Shown piece by piece: positions 29,701-38,079 of a stretch of 64,000 nt of DNA (position 1 is the first letter of the stretch; every line of letters begins with the position of its first letter). The DNA is taken from positions 11,735-75,734 of the IMG/VR virus record IMGVR_UViG_3300045440_000165. One strand, 5' to 3'. The notes beneath the pieces are model-generated. The model ran no database searches. It was not told the origin of the DNA and saw nothing but the letters and a program-made list of their open reading frames with translations. A program made the translations under genes and the position numbers. Origin of the DNA: a virus.

Positions 29701-30318
29701 GGCCCTCAACCTACTGTAGCTATTCCGGGGTTTGATTCTAAGGAATATAAAGATTCCACTAGCAAATTAACAAACAGAGTTCAAGATTATGGCTCACAGC
29801 ATGGCGGTGATGCTTACTTCTTGATCAAAGGTGTTAATGATTATGCTGCAAAGATGGCTAATGCTGAGAATCTAGTAAAGCAATTAGGTGGCTCTGACCC
29901 TTCCAAGTTTGGCACTATTTCTGACGCTATTCTAAATACAACAGGTAAAACTCAAGGGTATTGGGCAGAAGTTCAAAGGCAATTTGACTCCGGTATGAAT
30001 CCGACAACAAGCTCTATTCCGGGTTTTGCTGTAGGTACTAATTATGTCCCACAAGACATGCTAGCAAATATTCATGCTGGTGAGCGCATCATTCCTGCAG
30101 CAGATAATGCTGAATTAATGAATAGACTTCGTAACCCACAGCAAGGTAGTGAAACATTGATAGCTGAAATAAAGAACTTGCGTCAAGAGCTTTCAGATAT
30201 TAAAGCTACAATTGTTGCTGGTGATGTTGCTAATGTACAAGCTACTAAGGAACAAGTTAAGATGTACAAGAAGTGGGATTCCGATGGACTTCCTGACGTA
30301 AGAAATATTACCGCTTAA
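23797..30318 (+). CDS. tail tape measure protein
   Basis: 2173 aa, Ala-rich helical; TP901-type core (AGTALKN); C-terminal FAVGTNYVP..HAGERIIP. Confidence 0.95.
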   Translation: MSIDVSTLAIEVRSTGIKQAAEELKQIATSGKAAEDRVKTLTESIGKLSKVFTEGAGTAAAFKQAMQGIDTSIGAQGASMSMLGKSMKELNSSTSVLNSGISGLSPKVRDSNVAIMSSAKVMDTAHAAARGLSGSLGALWITYGNLVPMMAGIAVGASLKGIVSVGKEVENTLENVRIMGQSTTEQVNQMREAIYNLGTGVKGPKDVAEAFQVLTLAGLNAKEAMQGIGAALNLSIVGGVSIEKASEVLVQVGTSLGYTADGFAHVGDVIAKTAAVSMSSVASISGAFKSAASVGELYGASLQDIGVSLATLSNLGIQDTAAGTALKNFYGDLSKSTDKVSVAFKAMKMSLADLKDADGYFLPIVEVVTKLDKGLSNLTGPERQKAMTMLFQERGVKDATGLFKALDTASTELNEKGEKYATKLEEINDRIHKSYGFAALGAIAMSQTTQGQLKAVANTLETTFLKAFQEVEPQIGSVARALSAAFKSDEFVSAIKNIAIAVADLTKWIVDHYNWIEKLILAYISFKGIGMVASLTQMGVAFGATTIAARGFALALGPIAVGIAAVSAAWLYFYNLKKSTESTFDESSVKGFEAQVVAMEEANAALTTQIELRLKGETEQSIAAKMEEKRQQQSISRAREASAASVKILELELEKKKIALNDYEQGKLDRLNKGEKVGTIPSKVKAVIDEEKKLTEARELNINLLKRSEAVQEGIINKSKYLADEQDRIAKAARIKNTGSDKIPTKDSEGSEKASFLKAERLNLEKLLETYRERTIAVQESADSELRVMANVEQARVTANFNNNKYASERIYQAELELAKLVDIAKFEQQKANAIAEQKNKITEIIRREEAYQKDAENSGGTRLGLIEKQTIALFRFNGESEESIKKWREMAKVSDEMVASEAARAKMKTATEKLNVDTGSLKQQADALFELGTAGKKSELAIAELQVAEGKFAGAADEFMTKQYLKAAASKDSAKAYLDAAKIAGELIDEQLNKEQALLDATLGIEQAKVSAIARSKNATIDLAMKGIEAEIAYNNAFEISSTSQIEQLNKLADLKEKFAVKTSENFKIAGLEDTGTVLEKMSKSVGNLGNSFSGAGKALKGFAESFKDMAAIEKQTAKDGNKNLEGRVAVYGNMAGAAKNFFKENTTGYKLLHSLETGLHVFQMAMQAEKLVTSLTTTAAITTAEVASQGVVTAAVTTGETARNAAKVPGVFMSFLSSLGPWGMAAAAIAIGAVLGGAFSGGGASVDVAKQRQETQSTGTVLGDDTAKSESIVNSLDKLVSDSNIALSHSSNMLVELRSIRDGISGMASFVSQSSGLRGTAADERSAGVGSSRTFLGFSSSSRELVDSGIVFDKVTTEANSLVNKAIMEKYKKSIEEFNANIAKSSDEESQYAYIYAPQKPELQKSSQTVGSVMDQGVSARGYQDIYEKKSSFFGLFNSSSNKTEFSDLKQGLKDQFGKTVSSMFSSIVEAAAFLGKDKGVMSEALKSISFEQAGLDKISLKGLSGADIERELQSAFSMLGDKMAEVAMPAIAQFQKVGEGLFQTLVRVSSGVESARFELDKLNIASIDYTDIINKQGDTSTEIVRDSIIAFERMNNSAEGISNIIRTMDGVAQDLASTYKDLSVVREMMNSNGLNGNTLSSATIWGAGGIDNLKSGIQDYFKGFFTDVEQNASKLSALTKEFNSMGLSIPATKAEFKSLIQSLDNGSESGSKMVGKLLSMSGAFADVSDAIDAATKVATEAAKEAADAAAKAKEETLKLAQDGVNDALSVLTKSVNAQKKAVQDKAALDKAAAQVQLKDATDLLSSLTGISNIFKTSLAALDPMSRKSAQDLLNSALSVSNGGGDISKIKGLQDAVSAVGKPSEQMFASLFDFQKDQQQTINTITSLKANTDKQVSEQQLTVNAINDTIKAIEDSTTKELARLDGIVSSAQAQIDAINGVTNAVLTVQEALFNLADALGVLKAAKGPQPTVAIPGFDSKEYKDSTSKLTNRVQDYGSQHGGDAYFLIKGVNDYAAKMANAENLVKQLGGSDPSKFGTISDAILNTTGKTQGYWAEVQRQFDSGMNPTTSSIPGFAVGTNYVPQDMLANIHAGERIIPAADNAELMNRLRNPQQGSETLIAEIKNLRQELSDIKATIVAGDVANVQATKEQVKMYKKWDSDGLPDVRNITA

Positions 30319-30331
30319 TTTAAGAGGATCA

Positions 30332-31486
30332 ATGAAAATAATTAGACCTGTTAATGTAGCGGATAGTACATTAACATCGTCTACCATATTAGAGAATGAC
30401 TATGCAGCGCACTCGGTATCCACCGTTTATGCTGCTGGTGATTTTATAATGGAAGTAGATACAAATGTCCATAAAATTTATCAATCTTTAGTTGGGGTGA
30501 GGGCTACAGTTACTTTAACAATAGCATCCCCTTGTGTTGTAACATTTTCCGGTACAATCCCTGCAGCAGACACTCCCGTAGTATTTACAACGACAGGGGC
30601 TTTGCCTACAGGAGTTTTGCCCGGCACTGTCTACTATGTAAAATCTCCCACAACTACAGGCTTTAATATTAGTGCTACAGTTGGTGGAGCTAATATCAAT
30701 ACTTCAGGTTCTCAATCTGGGGTGCATACAGCCGTAGCTTCAGCAAACTATAATAAAGATATTACCAATACAACATATTGGATAGACGCTGGAGCTACCA
30801 ATCGTTGGAGGATGTTCGATTCTAGCATAACTTCCCAAACATCCGCAAGTGATGAAATAGAGGTGGTGTTTGATTTAGGTGAGAGAGTGGATACAATAAC
30901 CTTACTCAACATTAGTGCTAAAAGTGCTAGGGTTGTTGTTGAGGATGCTGTGGATGGTGTTGTTTATGATAGTACAGCAAATCTTATAAGTTCAGGCGGT
31001 ATTACTGATTTATATTTGTATTTCTTCGAGCCTGTAGAACGAGTAGCAGATTTTGTGTTTGAAGATCTTCCCCCTTATGCCAATCCAACTATCACTATAA
31101 CTCTAGAAGATCCTAGCAACACTGTGTTATGCGGAGGATGTGTACTAGGACTCTCCAGAGATTTTAGTGACGATGGTATGGGAGTGGAAAGAGGTGCTAA
31201 AACAGGTATTCAAGACTACTCTATTAAACAGAGAGATACTTTCGGGAATTATACCATCTTGGAAAGAGCTTTTAATAAGCGAGCTGATTTCACCGTCTAT
31301 GTACCGTCAGACTTAACAGAGGCATTACAAACTACCCTCTCCCGTTACAGAGCCACCCCTATTGTTTACATAGGGCATGTAGAACATAAGACAACAATAA
31401 TATATGGTTTCTACAAAGACTTTAGCATAGAGATTGCATACCCTACCTTCTCTGTTTGCACTATTTCACTAGAAGGCTTAACATAA
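30332..31486 (+). CDS. distal tail/tail tip protein
   Basis: Follows TMP; GATNRWRMFD, GIQDYSIKQRDTFGN, YGFYKDF motifs; inserted domain near aa 57-135. Confidence 0.8.
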   Translation: MKIIRPVNVADSTLTSSTILENDYAAHSVSTVYAAGDFIMEVDTNVHKIYQSLVGVRATVTLTIASPCVVTFSGTIPAADTPVVFTTTGALPTGVLPGTVYYVKSPTTTGFNISATVGGANINTSGSQSGVHTAVASANYNKDITNTTYWIDAGATNRWRMFDSSITSQTSASDEIEVVFDLGERVDTITLLNISAKSARVVVEDAVDGVVYDSTANLISSGGITDLYLYFFEPVERVADFVFEDLPPYANPTITITLEDPSNTVLCGGCVLGLSRDFSDDGMGVERGAKTGIQDYSIKQRDTFGNYTILERAFNKRADFTVYVPSDLTEALQTTLSRYRATPIVYIGHVEHKTTIIYGFYKDFSIEIAYPTFSVCTISLEGLT

Positions 31487-31499
31487 TTAAAAGTAAAAT

Positions 31500-33515
31500 A
31501 TGACAATATCTGCACTACCTACAATACCGTCAAGGAATCAAGATCCTGCTACATTTGTAGCGAATGCTGACGCTTTCCTTGCTGCACTACCTACTTTTCG
31601 CACAGAGGCTAACGCTTTAGCTGTCACTGTCGATGCGAATACAACATTATCTACAACTAACGCGAATACATCAACCACTAAAGCTGCTGAGGCTGCTGCT
31701 AGTGCTGTTGCTGCTATCTCTGCGGCAAATGTTGCTGTATGGGTTAGTGGTACAACTTATGCGCAATACATTTGTGTAATTAGCCCTGCTAACTACCTTA
31801 CATATCGCAGGAAAGTAGCTGGAGCTGGAACTACAGATCCTTCTGCCGACGGTACAAACTGGGTAGTGGTGGCTAATAACACCGGACTTGGTGGTACTGC
31901 AATAACAGGTAATGTCACGCTTACATCTTCTAGCGATGCGGCTATGACAGTGACTCCTTCAACTCATGGCCTATACATTACTCTCCCTGCCGCAACTACA
32001 TGCGTGGAGGCTAGTTTATTATTTAGCATTTACAATGCAGGGGATTATGACTATGGAGTGAAAGATAGTGCAGGTACTCAGCTCGGTTGGATTAGACCAA
32101 GAACTGGAGCGGTAATAGGATTGTCAGATAGTAGCACATCTGCAGGGGTGTGGGCATATTACGGGCTTGAGAAGGTGGGAATTACAGCCTCGAAGATTAC
32201 GAGTAGTCTTACAGGGGTGGATGCAGGAATAATTGCAGTGGAGCTTGATAGTGATAGAACATGCTATTTGTTCGGGCAAACAAATTGCTATGGTATTGTT
32301 TATAATTCCGCTACCTGCACATGGGGGTCAGCATCCCTAATCCGAGCGACTATTCAAGCTGTTGCTTATAGAGCAATACTGAGCACAACAGATCAGGTGC
32401 TTGTAATTAGTAGCAACACAACAACAGGGGTGGAAGCTGTAACATTGACGATTAGCGGAACTGGCATCACTGTAAATTCAGGGACTAAAGCAACGGCAAC
32501 GCTGGCAGGGAATTACGCAGCTTTTAGTCAGCTTGTATCCGTTCCTGCACAGTCCGCTTTTGTTATTGGGTATGGACGGGCAACAAATATGAGTGCAATA
32601 CGAGCAATCACCATCTCAGGTACAACACCGACAATTAGCTCAGAATTGGCTCTGCTAACAACAACTGCAGAAGCACCTATTATGTTTGTATCTGGATCTG
32701 TAGTTAGGACAGTGAATGCAACTAGCACACTACTGACTGCAACTCCAGCAACCATTTCAGGATCGTCAACACCTGTCGCAGGAACACCAGTAAACGAAAC
32801 AACTACAGCAGCAAACATACGAGCAACAATTAATGGTAATGGTAATATCGTATGCCAGTATATTAATACAAACCATTGCGCTGCTATATTCAAACTTACA
32901 GGGACAGTGGAAGCAAGCAGCACAGCCATACTTAACGGTGTATCTGTGCCTTCTGTAACTACCTACACAGATTACGCACATATAGGTAGTAATAAAACTG
33001 TCTTTATAGCTTCCGTAAATAATGCCTTCTGGTATGCTAATATTTTAACAGATACTGCCGGTACAGTAAGCGTTGGAACTCAGATTACAGGGCCGTGGAC
33101 TGCATCTGTTAGCACAAATGCACATATAGGGACATCAGGGAACAATGTGAGGTTTGCAGTGGGAACGACAGCCAGTTTGGGGCAAATAACCTTAGACTGC
33201 TCCAGCACGTCTCCTGTCTTATCCTCAGTTAGTTCTCTCTACAGCGCTGGAGTATCTTCCCCCTTACCATCTGATAAGTATGGCGTGATGGGTACTAGGC
33301 AGCTATCCACTGGATCTACTTTCTACACGATTGGCGGTGCAACCTATAGAGATGCTACGTTCACTACCAATACTATTCAAACACGTAATCCTGTGAGTGT
33401 AGGTGCAAACGTTACCAGCGGGGATGTTGGCTATCACGCGAACAACAAGAAAAGTTACAGTGGTGGGATTGGTTCTAGCGCATTTGTAATAACTAGAGTG
33501 GAGGCTGCAGCATGA
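31500..33515 (+). CDS. tail fibre / receptor-binding protein
   Basis: N-terminal PSRNQDPATFVANADAFLAAL anchor; long Thr/Ser/Gly-rich repetitive beta region. Confidence 0.8.
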   Translation: MTISALPTIPSRNQDPATFVANADAFLAALPTFRTEANALAVTVDANTTLSTTNANTSTTKAAEAAASAVAAISAANVAVWVSGTTYAQYICVISPANYLTYRRKVAGAGTTDPSADGTNWVVVANNTGLGGTAITGNVTLTSSSDAAMTVTPSTHGLYITLPAATTCVEASLLFSIYNAGDYDYGVKDSAGTQLGWIRPRTGAVIGLSDSSTSAGVWAYYGLEKVGITASKITSSLTGVDAGIIAVELDSDRTCYLFGQTNCYGIVYNSATCTWGSASLIRATIQAVAYRAILSTTDQVLVISSNTTTGVEAVTLTISGTGITVNSGTKATATLAGNYAAFSQLVSVPAQSAFVIGYGRATNMSAIRAITISGTTPTISSELALLTTTAEAPIMFVSGSVVRTVNATSTLLTATPATISGSSTPVAGTPVNETTTAANIRATINGNGNIVCQYINTNHCAAIFKLTGTVEASSTAILNGVSVPSVTTYTDYAHIGSNKTVFIASVNNAFWYANILTDTAGTVSVGTQITGPWTASVSTNAHIGTSGNNVRFAVGTTASLGQITLDCSSTSPVLSSVSSLYSAGVSSPLPSDKYGVMGTRQLSTGSTFYTIGGATYRDATFTTNTIQTRNPVSVGANVTSGDVGYHANNKKSYSGGIGSSAFVITRVEAAA

Positions 33516-33931
33516 AACAATTAAATACAGCAATTGGTATTTTCAGTGGCTTTTCAAACATTGAAACTTTAGAAGATCGTTACCGTTGCGACGGTGTTGA
33601 TTACCAATTTTCAGTAGTGGGGGAGGCAACAATAGAAGATTATATCCCCCCTCCTCCTGTAGCTCTAGCACCTACTATCCCAGAAAAAACTAGTAGGCTA
33701 TGTGCAAGATTAACTCTATTACATGCTGGCAAGTGGAATTTAATTCAACCTGCTATAGATCTACTAGAAGAACCTCAGAAATCTGTAGCACAAGCTTTCT
33801 TTGAGGATGCTGAATACTGGTATAGAGATGATCCATTTGTAGCTCTACTAGCACCTGTGATAGGTATGAGTGAGATGGAAGTGGATGAGTTGTTTATAGC
33901 TGCAGAAATTCTTCGTAGCTCACGGCAATAG
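33512..33931 (+). CDS. tail fibre-associated protein/chaperone
   Basis: Overlaps fibre stop; W.RDDP...L...DELF..A motif. Confidence 0.65.
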   Translation: MKQLNTAIGIFSGFSNIETLEDRYRCDGVDYQFSVVGEATIEDYIPPPPVALAPTIPEKTSRLCARLTLLHAGKWNLIQPAIDLLEEPQKSVAQAFFEDAEYWYRDDPFVALLAPVIGMSEMEVDELFIAAEILRSSRQ

Positions 33932-33939
33932 GAATTCTT

Positions 33940-34443
33940 ATGAAATATTCTGACATAAGAGATGATATTCGTTCGGGGGATATTATAGCACTTAGTCATA
34001 GCTCATGGAGTAGTTATCATGACTTAGAAGTGCAAGCTGTGCGAACAGCTACACAAAGCGAGTATAGTCATATATGTGTAGCTTGGGTATTTGCTAACCG
34101 GGTGTTTGTCATAGAAGCTGTAAATCCCTTAGTAAGAATCATCCCTCTGAGCAATATGAAAGAGGAAGGTTTCTACTGGATACAATCTCAAAATGAGATG
34201 TCTAATGAAGAGCTAGAGTTTGCAATGGGTAAGGTGGGGTTGGAAGGATATTCTAAACTACAAGCTATTGCAGCTCAATTCAACATGCTTGACATTGGCG
34301 AAGATAGGCTGTGGGAATGTGCAGAACTTGTTATTGCTATGCGCAAGCTATCAGGATGGGACTTAGGTAATAAAGCCACCCCTGCTGCTTGTATTAAAGA
34401 AGCTCTACGGCAAGGGTATTCTTTAAAGTTTGTAGAGGCTTAA
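33940..34443 (+). CDS. permuted papain-like (NlpC/P60, YiiX/YebB-like) enzyme
   Basis: SGDII, YSH (His) preceding WECAELV (Cys). Confidence 0.75.
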   Translation: MKYSDIRDDIRSGDIIALSHSSWSSYHDLEVQAVRTATQSEYSHICVAWVFANRVFVIEAVNPLVRIIPLSNMKEEGFYWIQSQNEMSNEELEFAMGKVGLEGYSKLQAIAAQFNMLDIGEDRLWECAELVIAMRKLSGWDLGNKATPAACIKEALRQGYSLKFVEA

Positions 34444-34446
34444 TAT

Positions 34447-34947
34447 ATGCTGTATGCAGAATTACTAAGCCAACTATCTCTGGACGAATTAATAAAAAAC
34501 GATATAGGAAACACTCAGATGGTTATTAACCTAACATTTCTTCAGTTATTAGCCATACTAGGCACAGGTGTAGTAGTAGCTGCAGGATTCATAACATGGC
34601 TAACAAAGCAAGTGGCTACAATAACACACAAATGGACAGTGTTCGAGACAGCATTCTCTGACATGAAAACTGACTTGGATAGCGTTAAAGATAGCAGGCA
34701 ATCTAATGATGAGCTACTAAAGAAGATGGTGGAGCGTATTGTGGCACTAGAAAACCATGCAGAGACAGCAGCATTGCGCCATGAGATTATGATTATCAAG
34801 AGTCAAATGGTGGGTTGGGATACTCTCACGCGTATAGAACGTACATTAGCTTTAATAGCATCGTCAGGTAATGGCAACCAAGCTATGGGTGCTGTATCAG
34901 ATGTATTGAAAGCTGAAAGGGAAAGTAGGGAGGGGACACGTCAATGA
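34447..34947 (+). CDS. membrane protein of lysis cassette (holin/antiholin-like)
   Basis: One TM helix plus coiled coil; overlaps endolysin start. Confidence 0.55.
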   Translation: MLYAELLSQLSLDELIKNDIGNTQMVINLTFLQLLAILGTGVVVAAGFITWLTKQVATITHKWTVFETAFSDMKTDLDSVKDSRQSNDELLKKMVERIVALENHAETAALRHEIMIIKSQMVGWDTLTRIERTLALIASSGNGNQAMGAVSDVLKAERESREGTRQ

Positions 34948-35483
34948 TTGTTCAAAAGATTATAAATGACATCATAGAAGTGGAAGGGGGGTATTCGGAC
35001 AACCCTAATGACACTGGTGGGAAAACTAAGTATGGCATCACCGAAGCTGTAGCTAGAGCTAATGGGTGGGCAGGGGATATGAAAGACTTAACTAAAGAGT
35101 TTGCATATCAAGTGTATCTCAATCAATACTACAACATCCCTCAGTTTAACAAGGTAGCAGAGTTGTCAGAAGCTATAGCTGCAGAGTTAACAGATACAGC
35201 AGTTAATTGTGGTGTGCCTACAGCCTGCCCTATGCTGCAAGAAGCTCTCAATCTCTTGAATAGGCAAGATAAAGATTATACAGATGTATTGGTTGATGGG
35301 CATATCGGTAGTAACACTCTTGTGGCCCTAGCCAAGTACTTGCAGAGACGAGGCAGTGAAGGTGAGAAAGTGATGTTAAAAATGCTTAACATTATGCAAG
35401 GGAGTCATTATATCAAGATAACTAAATCTCGCCCTGCTAACGAACAATTCATCTACGGATGGATAGCTAATAGGATTGGATAA
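34944..35483 (+). CDS. endolysin, glycoside hydrolase family 108 with PG-binding domain
   Basis: EGGYSDNPNDTGGKTKYGIT, DTAVNCG, VDGHIG, FIYGWIANR. Confidence 0.95.
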   Translation: MIVQKIINDIIEVEGGYSDNPNDTGGKTKYGITEAVARANGWAGDMKDLTKEFAYQVYLNQYYNIPQFNKVAELSEAIAAELTDTAVNCGVPTACPMLQEALNLLNRQDKDYTDVLVDGHIGSNTLVALAKYLQRRGSEGEKVMLKMLNIMQGSHYIKITKSRPANEQFIYGWIANRIG

Positions 35484-35485
35484 TT

Positions 35486-35884
35486 ATGTTTGGTAAATTA
35501 AAAGCATTCTACGCTGTATTTCAAGCTGGTAAGTCTGTAGCAAATCCAGAAGCTTGGAAGCGTGGGCAAATAACAGCTACTATCCTAGCTGGTGTGTTTA
35601 TTGCATTACTGCAGCTTGCAAAGGTGTTTGGGTATGATATTCCAATGGATGAGAATACAGCAACTAGCATTGCTGCTGGTGTTATTGCCCTTATTAACTG
35701 GCTGCTCACTGTTGCAACAACAAATAAAATTGGACTACCCTCTGGAGTGCAAGCAGAGCCACTTCCAACAATTGTGCCTGAGCTTACAGAAGGTTCAAAG
35801 CAATCAAGTGTGCAAGAGGTCAGCAAAGATGCTCAGGAGAGTAGGGCAGAACAATGGCTCAGAGAACATACGACAATTGGCTAA
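35486..35884 (+). CDS. holin-like membrane protein
   Basis: Two TM helices directly after endolysin. Confidence 0.65.
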   Translation: MFGKLKAFYAVFQAGKSVANPEAWKRGQITATILAGVFIALLQLAKVFGYDIPMDENTATSIAAGVIALINWLLTVATTNKIGLPSGVQAEPLPTIVPELTEGSKQSSVQEVSKDAQESRAEQWLREHTTIG

Positions 35885-35960
35885 CACAAATAAAGAAGCC
35901 GTCCAAGATTATATAGAATCTATAGACGGCTTAACAATATCTGTAACTTGCAATGTATAA
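35649..35960 (+). CDS. overprinted lipoprotein (o-spanin/Rz1-like candidate)
   Basis: MRIQQLALLLVLLPLLTG|C lipobox in +1 frame of the holin-like gene. Confidence 0.6.
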   Translation: MRIQQLALLLVLLPLLTGCSLLQQQIKLDYPLECKQSHFQQLCLSLQKVQSNQVCKRSAKMLRRVGQNNGSENIRQLANTNKEAVQDYIESIDGLTISVTCNV

Positions 35961-36004
35961 TTTTACTTTGCTCTTGGTGTATTTGCTCTTGGTAGAGAGC
36001 TTTT

Positions 36005-36038
36005 AGAGACTACGCTTAATTGCCTAGTCTCTTTTTTT
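36005..36038. terminator. terminator between convergent arms
   Basis: AGAGACTA...TAGTCTCT followed by T run. Confidence 0.75.
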
Positions 36039-36040
36039 AT

Positions 36041-36355
36041 TCAACTTGGCGTTGCTTCCAACACTTGCGCTGTTTTGGCAGCTTTATTGCGGCTCTTAAA
36101 CCATTTTACATCATTGTAGAAGAATACAACAGCAGAGATGATTTTTGTAATAGCTGCTTTTAAATCATTGAATGGTACTTTAGGATTTGTAGTTTCGTAA
36201 TATGTCTCTAGCAAAGCCAATGCAAAGTTCAATTTCTGAGATCCTGTAGGATTCTCTTCTTGATTTGCAATTGTCGCTGCCTCTACAGATCGTACCACCT
36301 GAAAGATCTTGGGCATAATTTCAAGCAATGTAATACTAACGGATGCAACACTCAT
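36041..36355 (-). CDS. hypothetical protein (holin-associated-like)
   Basis: VE...GSQKL...V.FYN...FK pattern; RBS AAGGA. Confidence 0.55.
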   Translation of the reverse strand: MSVASVSITLLEIMPKIFQVVRSVEAATIANQEENPTGSQKLNFALALLETYYETTNPKVPFNDLKAAITKIISAVVFFYNDVKWFKSRNKAAKTAQVLEATPS

Positions 36356-36366
36356 TTTATATTCCT

Positions 36367-36630
36367 TTAATTAAGAGCTTCGTTTAAAACTTCATAGAGA
36401 TTACCTTTTGCAACAACACCTTCATGCTTCTCTGTAAAGCGAGATTTAAAATATCCAGCTACTTCTGTTTTTTTAATTCCAGTTGTATTTTCAACTGTCT
36501 CTACCAACTCTTTAAACTCTTGTTGAAGCACTTCAATATTTCGCAGGAGTGTCTGAGCTTCTTGGTTGTAATGTCGAAACACTTCTGTGTCAATTGTCGC
36601 ATCATTCAAACTGATAATTGTGCCTGCCAT
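36367..36630 (-). CDS. putative dsDNA-binding protein (T4 DsbA/GapR-like)
   Basis: 87-aa helical protein, E..KELVE...TGIKK..V...K pattern. Confidence 0.4.
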   Translation of the reverse strand: MAGTIISLNDATIDTEVFRHYNQEAQTLLRNIEVLQQEFKELVETVENTTGIKKTEVAGYFKSRFTEKHEGVVAKGNLYEVLNEALN

Positions 36631-36719
36631 AAAATATTTCCTTTTCTGTTGTTTTCACACGTCAATTGTAAATGTGATAGGTGTTACAGATACGATAGGT
36701 ATCATAAATGCAGTAGCTA

Positions 36720-36968
36720 TCATAAATACCCCATCACTGCTCCAATGCAAGGAATAAACACCCCTGCAACTTTTACTATCAATACCCCTGTTATTTCTGT
36801 TATAGCTTTTAGTGTGTATAAGTGATATACATTGAGTACATAACCTACTATTCCAAAAACTACAATAACTTTTTTGAATATTGTGTACATGTTGTACAAG
36901 ATGTCAAGAGCAACTTGAGGAATAACACTCTTGACAATACTCACTACTATATCATTAATTCCATTCAT
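36720..36968 (-). CDS. hypothetical membrane protein
   Basis: Hydrophobic helices; G.FIP..GAVMGY; start uncertain. Confidence 0.55.
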   Translation of the reverse strand: MNGINDIVVSIVKSVIPQVALDILYNMYTIFKKVIVVFGIVGYVLNVYHLYTLKAITEITGVLIVKVAGVFIPCIGAVMGYL

Positions 36969-37122
36969 AACGCTACTCTTCGAGATAAATACTACTGTTC
37001 ATCGGCTTTACTACGGCTGCTATGTTGCAGCTTAAGATAACAAGGGGCTTATACCTCCCCCTGTTATTCGTTACTTTAGCACATCAAACAAGAGTAGGCT
37101 AGGAATATTTTAATTTAGAATG

Positions 37123-38079
37123 TTAATATTCCCATTCACCTACTAAGCTATTCTTACTGTAAGCTGTAATAGTGCTTTCAAAGAAATTACCAAACACACC
37201 ATCTCCTGTTATTTCTTCGATAAATGGCAGAGGGTTTTTATCAATCCCAAATTGGGACTTAAAGCCTAGCTGCTGCATACGGTAGTCACATACAAAGCGA
37301 ATATAGTTTTTTAAGTCTTGCTTAGGCATCTTAGACATATCCTCAATGCTATAGCACAAGTCAATAAACTCGTCTTCCAATGCTACTATAGTACGTGCAG
37401 TGTTATAGATACTCTTTTTAAACTCTTCATTAATAACTGAAGGGTGTTCTTCAATAAATATCTTAAACAACTCTGTCAACCCTTCTACGTGCAAACTTTC
37501 ATCAATAACACTCCACTGATTAACACTCACCATTCCGGGTAGGATGCCATGCCTAGAGAAATTAAGAAGCATAGCAAACGGAGCGAATAGGCTTACACCT
37601 TCCATTAACACTTGCTTTGCTAAATACTCTGCAATACCTTTATTAGAGCGCATATTAGATTCTTCAATCATAAAGCTATGCTTATCTGCCATAGCTTTAT
37701 AGTCTAGGAATTCAGACATGAATGCTTCGCTATCGTAGCCTAGGGTGTCGTTAAGTCGCTTATAAGCTTTTATATGGATCGATTCTCTGTCCGCAAATGA
37801 CAATAACATCATCCTAGCATCGGCATTTTTGAATACAGGTAGCAACCTCTCTACGTAGCTACTGCATACGTTAGTGTCAGCTTGTGTGAATAGGCGTAAC
37901 ACCATCTTAATAAACTCTTTACGCACTTCGCTAATAGCTCCACTCTTCCATTGTGTCACATCTTGAGACATGTCCGCTTCATCTGGAACCCAGTGACTGC
38001 GAGTATGTTTGTCAAAAATGTCTTGTAACTTGTGGAATTTAGGTACAAAAATTTCCGTTGCTTCTGTAATTTTACTCAT
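37123..38079 (-). CDS. nrdB: ribonucleotide reductase class Ia beta subunit
   Basis: W.P.E, FTQAD, ESIH..AY, MEG..LF, DESLH, NFFE motifs. Confidence 0.95.
   Translation of the reverse strand: MSKITEATEIFVPKFHKLQDIFDKHTRSHWVPDEADMSQDVTQWKSGAISEVRKEFIKMVLRLFTQADTNVCSSYVERLLPVFKNADARMMLLSFADRESIHIKAYKRLNDTLGYDSEAFMSEFLDYKAMADKHSFMIEESNMRSNKGIAEYLAKQVLMEGVSLFAPFAMLLNFSRHGILPGMVSVNQWSVIDESLHVEGLTELFKIFIEEHPSVINEEFKKSIYNTARTIVALEDEFIDLCYSIEDMSKMPKQDLKNYIRFVCDYRMQQLGFKSQFGIDKNPLPFIEEITGDGVFGNFFESTITAYSKNSLVGEWEY

Noticed and set aside
31500-33515. Diversity-generating retroelement or invertible fibre cassette
   Set aside because: No reverse transcriptase, template repeat or inverted alternative fibre ends seen
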